This document shows, piece by piece, positions 49,841-62,200 of a stretch of DNA of 64,000 nucleotides (positions are counted from its first letter, which is position 1; each line of letters opens with the position of its first letter). The stretch spans positions 1-64,000 of the forward strand of contig NW_003314324.1 of assembly GCF_000143415.4 (NCBI RefSeq). Reading direction: 5' to 3'. This DNA is from Selaginella moellendorffii (Eukaryota > Plantae > Lycopodiophyta). A model generated the notes under the pieces. It worked only from the letters and a program-made list of their open reading frames with translations. It did not search any database and had not been told where the DNA came from. The translations under genes were made by a program, and so were the position numbers.

Positions 49841-51744
49841 ATGGAGGCGAGTAACGTAGATGGTGAATTGCAGGCTTGGAAGCCCTACGATGCTGAGCTT
49901 GCTCGTTCTTGGGAGAGCATCAACCGCCAATTGGCTTGGGCACAAAGTATAGCGGCGGAAGTAATACGGGAGAAGGGATTTGAGAAGTTCAAGGAGGTCA
50001 CTGATGGAATAACAGCCTACAGAAAGACTCTTGTGGAAGAGCACCTCGAATTTACCAAGAGGAAGGAGCTTGATTACGAGCAAAAGCTCTGGGAGGCTTC
50101 TCTTCCGCTCAAAAAACGAAAACTGCCGGAGGCTTCTCTGCTACGAAATTCTTCAATCGTCTCTGTTAATTTTGAGGACTGTAAGGAGAAAGTCATCTGG
50201 AAGGATAATATTCCTCGGCAGATTGTCGGTGTGGATGAGTTACTGGAAAGTCCTCGACATTTGGTGGCAGAGCTAAGATGGCTGCATTTCTTGCTGTATG
50301 AAGCCAAAGAGACTGATCTGACCGACGTGCTGAACATGAGGAAAGGCCGAAGTAAAACACAGAATGACAAGGAACTCGAATACCATCCGTTGCTCTTCAA
50401 GTTTATGGAAGCGTCATCTGGAGGGCAGCCTGAAGTGAAATTTCTCAGGGAGGTTCATGTGGGAGGGGCACGCGAAGATTTAAGTAGCAGCATTTTGGGT
50501 GGAAAATTCAGCGAAGCACATGAAGTGAAAGCTGCTTTCAGTCTGGCTGTGAGTGGGAAGCCAGAGACTGGCATCGAGAGAAACGTTACCGGAATCAGTA
50601 AGATATATAAGTCAAATAAGAAGTATGCAGGTCTGCCATGCCACCTGGGGATTTTCGCAACTCGTTGCGAGTACGTCTGGTTCGTAAAGTTCCGATACGA
50701 GCAGCGTGGGGAAGCGGTGGTTTCATGTGAAGTGGCTCCGGAGTTTCCCTGCGGTCCAGGGTGGGAAATGAGTAACGTGCTTTGCGACCTCGCTCTTCTC
50801 AACACCGCCAAAGAGGGCAGCAAGCTCATTGATATATGTCCTTCGGAGGCGAACAATGGATTCCACCTTTTAGTCAGGTAACTCCTCCTTATTCTGCCTT
50901 TTTCATACTGATAATTCTGAAATTCAGGTATGTCGACACGCTCTGCACTTTGTACAGCATTCCAAAGGCTCCCCTCGAGCTTGCAAGAAACGACGGTAGC
51001 AAAAGCATTGACTTGAGCACAGCTTCTATAGTGGGGCAGGGGTACAAGTCAGTCGTTCTTAAGCTTCCGGGGGAAGATTGCGTCATCAAGGTTTCCGACC
51101 GCAGCAGAATCGGTAGGGAAACTTTCATTCACGAGCGCGTGGATGGAACCAGTTTCACTCGTCCTCAGCGGAAAGGTCTGCGCTGGTGCGGTCAAGTGCT
51201 TGGTGCGGGCGACGGCCTTGAGTGGATGGTACTGGCGGGGTTTGGCAGGCTGGTGACTTCGGACAATGTACTGTGGGATTTTCAGGGCTGTTGGAACCAA
51301 GCCTCGGCAGCTTTAGTCGGACTGCACTCTCGCGGGGTTCTTCACCGTGATATCAAGCCGTCAAATATGCTCATCTTCCATGATGAGCTGTGGCTGAATG
51401 ACTTCGACTGTTCATGTCTTGTGGACGAGAGCGTGGAGATTCGGAGGATGAGGGTCGGTGCGCCCTACTTTGAGTCTCCTCTGTTTGATGGGGCTGAAGG
51501 TTTCCTGTACAGGGATGACTGGTACTCGCTGGTGCTCACCTTTCTGGATCTTCTAGGTTGGTATGGAGGAGCAGACAAGAACTCAACCTTGTCGGCTGCG
51601 GTAAGAAATGAAACTTTCCCCGCTAGCTTCAAAGCATGTATCAACTGGCTACTCGCTGATGGCGGTGGCCTGTTCCGTGTGGAATTAATGGAAGGTAGTC
51701 AAAATAACGAAATAAAACTAAGGAACCAAACAAAGTTAAATTAA
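49841..51744 (+). CDS. ~617-aa protein: putative PD-(D/E)xK REase-like domain plus C-terminal atypical protein kinase; exons 49841-50877, 50928-51744
   Basis: Kinase motifs GQGYKSVV, VIK, HRDIKPSN, NDFDCS and DDWYSL. A 50-nt GT-AG intron joins the two ORFs in frame. The N-terminal half has EVHVGG.REDL...EAHEVK. Confidence 0.8.
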
Positions 51745-53399
51745 ACTTGTATAGTTACTTTTTAAGCTCAAACCAAACTAAACGCTATTGCTAAACTCTC
51801 GTCTTCTTTTGGCAATTTATGGACACTAGCAGCTGGCTGATTAGTACAGGATACCAGGAATTTTTTCCAGGAAGATGTTTTTCCTGACAAAAGCAGATGC
51901 CGCCCACTAGCTGCAGATGTATTTCACTTATACTAGACAACCATCAAATGCTGTGTGTGTCAATCTGGCACTATAGACCCTGGGAATCTGACTGGACACA
52001 TTGAGAGTTTCCCAGAATCTTATCCTGCTGCAAGCCTTGTACTCCAGCTAGTTAAGCGTGCTCTTAGCGCTACCGGCTTAGTTGGTTGTGGTGCTGTAAT
52101 GTAAGCATAGGCACAAGGAAGCTCCATATGAAGGCCCTAGACAAGCTCCTTCGTGATTAAGATGCCCAGCTTGTGGAACATCTCAGACACAAGATCAAGG
52201 GTGTGCGTGTATGGATGCTTTCCTGAATTGATATAAAAGTTTATTTATCTTAGCAGCGGGGTGGCCAATCTAAGCGACTAGAGCAAACCGGCCAGAAAAC
52301 TGTATGAATAATCATATAACGAAATCAACCATAAAACCTTGCTAGAAACAGTTTTAGAAACTAAATATATTTCAGAATCAGAACCATAAAACGGAAGCAC
52401 ATGGAACTAGCATGGTCCCAACGTTATTTGTTCACTTCACGAGTCTTGGGAGTCTTGCAATTTGGTCACTGGAGTCCCGGGAATGCCCGGACTTCCCAGG
52501 GGGAAGCCCGAGTAGTCCTGGGAGTCCAGCCGCTTGGTAATAAGAACATTATTGTCCTGGTTCTAGTGCCTTCCTTAATCATCCAGTAAACGGTAAACTT
52601 CAAATTAACAATCAAAACCATCTAAAGTACGTTCCATAAATCAACTGCCATGGCCTGGTCCAATTGGGCAGGGCTTCAGTAGATGGTATTGCAAATAGAG
52701 ATTTCCAAAACCAATATTACTTCTCTGCTATATTTATACCTTACTAATGTGTCCCACATTTTTTAAATCTTCATATTACTTTCATAGACAAACAATTATT
52801 GCTAGTTAGAGTTTAAGTAGGCACGAAGTTGACAACGGTTGAGATCAATGATATAGCAAGATCAGGTTTTCTGCTAGTTGGGCTTCCTTCCGCTCCTTCG
52901 ACCTTGATGCACTGAAAGTCAGAATTCCACTACTTAGAGATGAGGGCCAGTTTAGATGATGTAATGCTTCGATTCCCATAGTTCTACTGTTTGAGCCGGT
53001 GGCACTCTAGCTTTGCTTTTAGGAAATCTTTTTGTTTAGGCAATTAGTATATACACCATTCAGTGTGTATACTTATGTGTTGATTACTCTCAAAGGTGTT
53101 TTCTTTATGTTCTTGCTCAGATGTCCCAACTTTTTGTACTTAGAAACACATGATAGAAGTGCAAACGGGTTGTCTTGTTAAATGTCTTCGCAGCAAATCT
53201 CATGGGATAAATAAAAGTGAATGAGTTAATACTTAAAACTTAAGACTTTAATTTTTTTGAAAACTTAAATACTTTGTATACTATTATAATATATTTAATA
53301 AAAAAAATTATAAACTTATTACTATTTTAATTTTTCATTTACCAAATTCATGTAAAAAGATTAGTTTCATATAATCTTGTTGGTGGATTCAGTTTTTTC

Positions 53400-56300
53400 T
53401 GCTGCTGTAACTTAAGTGTCCACCCTAAATCTACATGGCCTACTATATTTATTTAATTGTTAAACTTATAAATTCAAGCACACCTCTCATTTTATTTGAA
53501 AGTGAATATTTATCTACACAAACAATTAGCCCACAAAAAAGTGTTGTGATGTGGCACAACTCTTCCTTGCCTAGAACCCTAGAAGATCATGGTGTGGGAA
53601 ATGCAGTAGATAGGAATGGATTTGCCATATAGGCACCAAAAGAAGGAAGACCTATTTGAGAAAATAAGTTATTATTTATCTCTATTTTATCCTTTTTTTT
53701 AATTTCAAAAGTATTATCAAAGGGTTCATTTGGCACCAGTTTATCTAGTGTTTACTTTCAAGCTCATTTTTATAATAAAAGCTCTTATATTATTTTCTAT
53801 GTGCTAGTTGATACAGACTTAAGTTTATCTTTTATTGTTTGGCATATTGCCACATGTTGTTATATACATTTGCATAATTCTTTATGGCAATGCCCGTACA
53901 TATGCATGTGCATGGGATGAAGTAGACCTAATTGTATATATAAGCTATCTCAAGTTTGAGTTGTAGTCATTGCAAATGGTGCTAAGTCAAACTTTTAACT
54001 TCATCCTTGGTATAAATTAGTTACAGTGTAATTATACCAAATGTGACTTCTACTTTTATTTTTATTTCTATCACTTTTATCTCCCCATTACTTCCTCCTA
54101 TATTTCTATTTTATTCTTCTATTCCCTCTTCATAACCTTCTAATAATCTTTGTGTTGTAACAGAGGACCAGCTCATGAAGGAGCATGTTGACTTCTTTGA
54201 ATTTGACCTATCATCTGGGATCACCAACAGTCTCGTCTTTTGGAACCATATCAAGAGAACATGATTCTTGGTCGGGTTAAACCACCACCTTTTGGAACTA
54301 TATCTAGTCAGGTTAACCCACCACTACCACTGGTCTCTCTTTTGGAACCATATTAAGAGAATATGATTATTGGTTAGGTTAACCCACCACCTTTTGGATT
54401 AAGAGAACATGATTCCTGGTCATAAAGTGAAGTTCACATGCCCAAAGACTTTGCAACATTTGAATAATAGCCTTTTTCAACATCTATTTGATATTTATAT
54501 GTAAAATATTAATCTCTTTTGGTGACTGATGATGAATAAAAACCTTGATTGGACAAGCATCCCTAATTGGAATAGGATGGAGGAAGTCTAATAGGAGTAT
54601 TCATTTATGCATTAACTATTATCCATTAAACAAAGTGATGATCCTAGATGTGTATCCTTTTCCTCATATTGCTGATCTTCTAGATTGTCTGAAGAGAAAT
54701 TGTTAGGTCACCAAATCAGATTTTGCTTTTGGGTACTAGCAAGTTGATGGTCGAGGAAGATATTCCCTTTTTATACACTATTTGGTTTATATAAATTTTT
54801 GGTGATGTCATTAAGTTTGAACAATGCTTTAGCGACTCTTCAGCAGATGATGGATGAGGTTTATTATTATATGCTAAAGGTGATTGTTGACTTCATTGAT
54901 AATTTTTTGATCCATTTAGAGAGGACATAGGAGGAACATATCTAGAATGTTTATAAAGTGTTGGATTAGTTATGAAAAGTTTGTTTAAAAGTAAAGTGAT
55001 CAAAATGCATGTTTGGGTCCAAAAACACCACTTCATCTGGGTGTATATTTCTCGTGAAGTTTGCAAAGTTGATATTGACAACCTGTGGTTATTCTAAAGT
55101 TCCCTACTCAAAAGTGTGTGAATGGTATGCACACTTTTTTAGGCAAGGTGCAATATTTTAGCTAAGAGTTGTTGATGACTCCTCTAGTTTTAGTGTATCC
55201 TAACTACACTCAGCCTTTCATTTTGTGTGTGAATGCTTCTAATATCGGTCTGTGAGGTGTGTTAATGCAAAAAAGCTTGAGTGTGTTTAGTCAATGCCAT
55301 CCTATTACATACATCAACCATATATTATAGTCAGCGAAAGTGAATTACTCCACAATAGAGGAGTGTTTAGCAGCAGTTTAGGGTTTCAATAAACTTCATA
55401 CATATCTACATGGTTCTTGGACATTACTAAAAGGTGATCATGCTGTAATTACTTCTTTATTGAAGTGGAAAAACTTGATTGGTTATACTACTTGATGGGT
55501 TTGAAGCTTCAAATATATAACTTTGATATTGTACATTGCCTAGGTAGTTCTATAGTTGATGTTAATGCCCTTTCTCGAGCTCCTCTTCTTTCTTTTCTTT
55601 CTTCTTATATTTCTGACAAGTTTGTTATTCTAGCATTTGTGTCCATGTCATATTGTACTTGATGTTGATCATCCATAAGGTGTAGGGCATAATTTACTTT
55701 CTTTTGATGAGGTTTATGAGGTTCAAAAAGTTGAGTTGGAGATTCAAAAGGTTCATAATGGGTTTGAGAATCTTGCATCACTTGTTGATAATTTGTCATT
55801 TTGGCATTTCCATTTTCAATATTGTTTTGAGGACAATGTTCTTTATTTTGTAGGAATGGATCCTAGTGATCATTTATAGCAGGTGATAACTTTGATCTTT
55901 ATTCCATATTTTTTTCTATACTTACTATAATTTTTCTATTCTAGGTAGCCATATGGGATATTATCATGTGACTGAGAAACTACAGAAGTCTTTCTATTGG
56001 CCGAAGATGCAACATGATATTATTCGATGTGTATATAATTGCATTTGGTGCCAACTTCATAATAGTCTCCTCTGTGCTATAAAAGGATAGTTGGAGTCAA
56101 TTGTTGTTTTTTGTTTGTTTGAGTTTGTGGTGTTTGATTTGATAGGGCCTTTTCTATGATCAATCGTTAGCAATGAATATGTCATTATTACTTTTAACTA
56201 CTTGACTTATTGAATGGAAGTTAATGCTCTTACTACTACACTACAATTGTTGTTAAATACTTCCTCCTTAATTGCTTGGTGTTTCAAAATTCTTGTCTGA

Positions 56301-56720
56301 AGTGAATTCTTTTGGATAATGATTCTGTATTTATATCTGAGGCATTTTATATTTTAAAGTTTCAATTGGGGATATGTCACATCATCCACAATTAAATGAT
56401 TTAGTGGAATGGCTTATTTGGACCTTCAAAGAGAGAATTGCAAAGTATGTGAACTTTCAGCATTCAGATTAAGATGGTTATTTGTTGTATCTTCAGTATG
56501 TATATGTTACAAGGGTGTAGAATTCTATTGGTGCTTCACCATATAAACTCCTATATGGTCATGGTTTGATATTACTAATAGAGTTGAATTTACATTTGTG
56601 GCTACAATGCTGTATATTAATATTAATTTAGTGGGATTTTAATATCTATTAGTTTCAATCAAGACTACTCGCTCCTATATATAAAGTAGGGTTTTTGGGT
56701 TAATTGATATGCACATTTTT
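53400..56720 (+). mobile_element. Old degenerate Ty3/gypsy pol (PR-RT-RH-INT) plus LTR fragment
   Basis: Remnants include YPFPHIADLLD, KFLVM...NNALATLQ, NYSTIE, DVNALSR and HMGYYHVTEKLQKSFYWPKM. 56670-56725 matches the reverse complement of 47470-47520. Confidence 0.8.
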
Positions 56721-57075
56721 GTATTCTAGTTCTATATAACATTAGCTCATAGATACACACCAAACTTATCTACACATGAATCAAATTACATATTCCATGC
56801 ACTCATAGCTATAAATATTATTTATCAATTAAAAACTATTTCCTAATAATAAAAAGTACTAATTTATAATGTGTTAGTGAATATAATAAAGCTATAAAGT
56901 TAGTGTTTAAAAGATATATATTAGCTTATGTATATTTGTTTTAACTACTCTTTGAGTTTAACATTAAAATTCAATAATTTTAAAAGATTTGATTATAGTT
57001 ATTTAAATAATATATTATGAATTTCATACAACAACAGTTGGTTTACTTAATAATAATGCTATTCATCTTTAATAG

Positions 57076-57637
57076 TATGTATTAATCCAATTGATCAATT
57101 ATAAGTTTATAATTATAAAAATATTTTAAATTTATAATCACAAGATTAATCTTATTGCACATCAACAATTAGATGATAGAATAAACTAGAATATACTAGA
57201 AATGTTTTAATTTGTTTTATAAATTATAAACATGTTGCTTAAATATTCTGGGATATTTTACCATCTAACATGTTATTCATTTGGATTAATCTTGTATTTA
57301 TAATTTAGAAATGTATATTCACGACCACCCCAATCCAAAATAATAGAAAGTTTATTTTTATTTTATTCTAACTTCTAAAACATTTTGGGTTTGCTTAGCA
57401 AAGTTGTAGGGGGCTGAGTGAATATACCAAGATCATACTTGGATATTCTGAGATATTCTACCATCTATTGGTTGTTATTCATTTAGAATAATCATATATT
57501 TATAATTTATATTATAGTTTATAAACTTTCCTATATTATAGTTTATTATCATTTAATAGATGATTAAAATTGTGTTTGTAAATTATAAATATGTCTATAT
57601 TTATAAACTTCCATTTGATCAATTGGATTGATAAATA
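57076..57637. repeat. AT-rich foldback/MITE-like element
   Basis: Imperfect ~38-bp inverted repeats at 57076-57113 and 57600-57637, plus nested internal inverted blocks (57130-57185 vs 57250-57305 and 57450-57510). Confidence 0.6.
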
Positions 57638-57959
57638 GGAGTAACCACAGAAAATTATTAATTTATCATATATAAAAAAATGATTACATTTTTACAAATA
57701 AATAAATAATTTGTTGCACGTTGCATTGCAGCAATGCATTATTTACTATAGCATATTTTATTCTAATATGTTGTTACTAGATTGAACCGTTAAAAAAGAG
57801 TAAATCAGTTAACACATATCTAATACACAGAAAAACAAACAGATTGTTGTTCATGCTCCAGTTGTGAATTTAAGAGAAGAATTTCGCTAGGAAACATTTC
57901 TTAGTTGTTATACTGGATTTCAAACACCAGGAATGGTTCCTGGCGCTCATGTGGTCAGA

Positions 57960-58070
57960 TCTTCCGTGGAACCCATGGGCGAGAAGAGCGACCACGTCCA
58001 TGCCCTGGGTGTGCCTGTCTGTGTCATCTGCGCCAACGACCACGACATGAACCACCACGACTTCATATCA
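57960..58070 (+). pseudogene. Otubain-like deubiquitinase (peptidase C65) gene fragment
   Basis: SSVEPMGEKSDHVH-ALGVPV...NHHDFI matches plant otubain SSVEPMGEESDHVHIIALSDALGVPI...NHHDF with an internal deletion. Confidence 0.75.
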
Positions 58071-59259
58071 GCAGGAGGAGAAGTTGCTCTTCGTTTGACT
58101 TCTTCTTCTTTAAGAATTGCGGACACTTCCCATGGGATCCGATAGAAACATGATTCACCTAGGCAAATTCCAAGCTAGGCTAGGGTAGGGAAAATAGCAG
58201 ATGGTTTATTTTTCCAACAGTTCTGCACTTCATCAGCTCAGTGAGCTGGGAGGGAGATGACAATGAAACTGTCTACCACGAAAAAGTTTGTACCGTTCGT
58301 TGTCTTCATTTAGGGAGATCCTTGGAGAAGATCCTCCAAATCCACGAAGGAGTCCAGATCGAAGAGCCAACTTGGAAAGACGCCTCCAGCGCCAGGGTCC
58401 GAGCTTGGGGTCCCTGGCGAGCGGTCCACTCCACTTTGACCGGAGCTAAAGGTTTGCAGTCCAGCAGCAGTTTGGAAAGTTTGAGAAATGCTTGGATCAG
58501 ACTTGTTCGCAAGGCCGAGAGAACAAAGCGAAGTTGCATTACCTTCAGGTTTAGAAAGCTCTGGTTTGTAGAGACAAAATGAAGATAACCTAGCGTTCAG
58601 TATAAGAAACTTGTGTCTGAATTTTTTGTCAAAAAGATCAATCTTATTATTAAGACAAACAATATAACACTTATCAACAAAAAACACAAAATTAATTTAA
58701 TTGCATATAAAAAACTAGATGGTAGATAAAGTGAGAATATAGATTTAAGAAAGCTTATAAATAATAATGAAAAAGGAAAAGTTTTGAAAGTGCAGCCATA
58801 GTCCAAAATGGTGGCTTATCAGTACCTATAAACAATAAGCAAATTTACCTCATCACTGTTCCATGGTTTTAGTCACAATGTCTAGAACAAGTATCTCTTT
58901 CTTGTCTTGCCCACCATATATATTATACAAACTATAAACATGTCAAACACAAGATGAATAAATGGTAGAATATACCAAAATATACAAGCTTATATCCGGT
59001 TTTTTTTCATTAATTAAAGAGTGGCATATATTCTGAATGACTCCATCAGGATTATAGTTCTGGAATTTGTGATCAATCACGAAAAATGGACACCATATTA
59101 CCTCTTAGTTCAGGAATTCGTGATCAATCACAAGAAATTAACAGCATATTACCGTGTAAAAATTATAGGATGTAGATTTATTATACTTTTTGCAAAGAAG
59201 TTCTACCACAGAAGATTCAACGCTCATACAATAGTTTCCTAATAGAGTAAATTGTAACA

Positions 59260-62200
59260 CTATAATACAGTGTTGATGTGGAGAGCTTTGAGCAGAGCTG
59301 TAGCCATTTGTTTGACGAGAACTTGGCCACCCGAGCGCTCACCGTGGCGTTCCTCGATCAGCTTTTGCAGCTTGGAGGGCAGATCATGCTCCACAATCAG
59401 TTGCTTGGGCCGGGGATGGTGCTCGTATACAGCCTGCAAGAACTAGTTTTACTCCCAGAAAACTCCACGTTTCACCATTACCTTGATCAGTTTTAGCAAG
59501 TTGAGCCTCGCAATTGCATCTTGATGATCGAGCCGTCCAACCAACAGGGGAGTTAACCCAGACACCGCAAGCGCCGTGTTGAGTCGTGGAGATTTCCTGC
59601 ACCAAAAATCAAAACGGTCAGACGAAAATAAAAACACAAAGCATGGAACTTACGTGATGATCTTCAAGAAGGGCTCCAAAATATGTACAAAAGACGAGCC
59701 ACTGCAAGACTGGAAGAAGGCCACCAGCTTCTGTACCGAGTCCTTCCTGACCAAGGCCGATTCCACCTTGCGCTGGTCGTTGTCGTGGGCCAAACACACC
59801 GCCAGAGAATCCAGCGCTGTGACTGCCCAGAACTCGTCGTCCAGAAGGTTCAGGTACACGTCCAGGCCTTTGTGAGCTCGTAATTGCTCTCTGGTATACC
59901 GCGATGCGTGAGCCATGTCGCATAGAAGCGGCAGCGCAAACTTCTTCAATGGCGAGTTTGTGGTGATGAAGTGTAACAAGTGAGGAATAATGCCACACTC
60001 AGCAGCTTGCTCTTGTCTCCTTTTGTTGATCTTGCATAGATTGTAAAGAGCATTCAGTACCTGCAGAAGGCAAAAGATTTGTAAGCCTCGGATGGTCTTA
60101 GAACTGGAGGACCTGGTTGTGTATTTGCGAAGTATATTGTCCTTCCAGAAGCGGGACTAGATGTTTCATAGCATCAGCTCGTTGGAGTGGCTCCAGGGTA
60201 TACGGATCCATCGAAAGCTGACTGATGCACTTCAATATCTGCAAAGTCAAGGCCAGTTATAGAGCGAAGACTCGGCTAAAGAAGTGTTTACCTTGAGTAG
60301 TATAGGAGGCTCCAGTTTGCTGAGCATTGTGAACAGCCGGATCAACAAGCTCAGGCTGCACATCGACGACTTGACAACAGTATCTGCGCGAGAAAACTCC
60401 AGCAGCAGGTCGGCAACTTTGACAAGATACTCCCTCGCCACTTCTGCATTTAGCGTCGATGTCATTCTTGTAAGCACGCCGGAAGACGTTGCGCTTCCGG
60501 GCCTTCCATTGAGGACGCCAGAAAGCGAGAGTAAGCCCGATGCCGACTGTGATACTAAACCAGAGGTTGACGCCGTCATTTCAGCTGTTGGCTGTTGAGG
60601 TAAGGTTTGCTTTGTCGTCAGGCCATTTGAGGAGCTGCCTTCTTGGCTGAGTCCTAACGCACGAATATCACCTTTCTCTGGATGTAATCTGTCAGTAGAA
60701 TCGATAAAAAAACAAGGTTATTACCTGCAAATGCTCGCATCAACGTTTCGAGGTCCCCGTTGTTCTTCCGCGTTGCACCAGAGTGGTGAAGGAGAGGTAA
60801 GAAACTGCTGTCAGCCTTCTCTGTTGTTGCACGACCAGAAGTAGCGGGCCTCGTCGATTCTTTATCCAGCATACTTAGAAGCGGAGGAAGTTGTTCATAC
60901 GACTTCCGGGGCATGTCCGACCCATTTTCTAGATGCCACTGATCGGAGTGATTCTCTGCCGTCTTCTCGGTCCTTCCTGACACCTCCGGCGGCATTCTTT
61001 CTTGTGATGATGAACGACGTCGATTATGACCCAGTACTTTCCCGTCCCCACCATACTCGCCTTGCTTTGAGCTTTCAGGCTGCGCTAGTGGAGACTTCTG
61101 TGGCTGCTGCGCCTTCGGAGAATCTGTAGGCGGACGGAGAAAGTCATGTCGAACCCGCAGCGGATCCAGCTGTCCGGATCTTGGACGAATGTGATCAGCA
61201 TACACTCGAGATGGTTCAAGAGGTCCCGAACGTGAACGCTGAGACGTAGTTTCACCACCGATGGCCGAGTTGCCTGCGCCACTTGCAGAAGCCAGCCTCG
61301 CCGCCTCATTCAAGCTATGAAGCGTGTTCACAAGTCGAACAAGGACGCCGCTCTTTGAGAAAATTCTACAAAAATCGTTCCTTGGTGTTGGACTCTTTAG
61401 CTCAAACACTTGCCACATGCAGTCAATCGCAAGATGGACCATTTCTCTGTAAAATCAAGGTTAGAACCTGCATAAGTTTTGAAGAAACACTACCTGTACT
61501 TCGCATAGTCCGATTCTAGAAAACCAACGAGCACAGGCAAGCCTCTGCAAGCTATGAACATTTGCAGCGTTAAATTACTGCAATATCCATGTCAGTCCCT
61601 TCAAGTAAGAAATGCAAAAAAACTAGATAACCTGCTATTGCACATTTGTTGAACAAAGTACGCAGCCTGCATACGCATTTCCTTTGATTTTTCTGGCGCA
61701 GCAAAGTTCATCACAACAGGTATCTGTAGGCACCATGTATCGATAATATATTGCTAGATAAAGAGAGACTTACCAAACCAGCTAAACAAGCATTTTCCTG
61801 TATATCAGAACTGTCCTTGACAATCTGGTTAATAAGTTGCAATACTGCATGCATGACCTGCAAGCCTTTATTAGAAATTTTCAGATAGAACCGGACGCTT
61901 ACTCGATTGTTGTTCACCTCCAGCATTTCAAGCAATGGCATTATCCCATGTTGCAGAATAAGATGAGATTTTTGCTCGGGAAATTCGCGAAAAACGGACA
62001 CGAGTTTCTGACAAGTGGAAACTATTGCTTCCTCGGGCTCCTCTGGTTTCAATAGACCAATCAATCGGGTAACTTCCACAGCCTGCCGAAGTGTGAGACG
62101 TAAGGACATTGCAACGTAATGAGAATGCTACCTGTTTGCCATAGTAGTCTCTTCCTTCCACATTGCCATCGAAACCCTGAATGCAACTGTATAAGCATCA

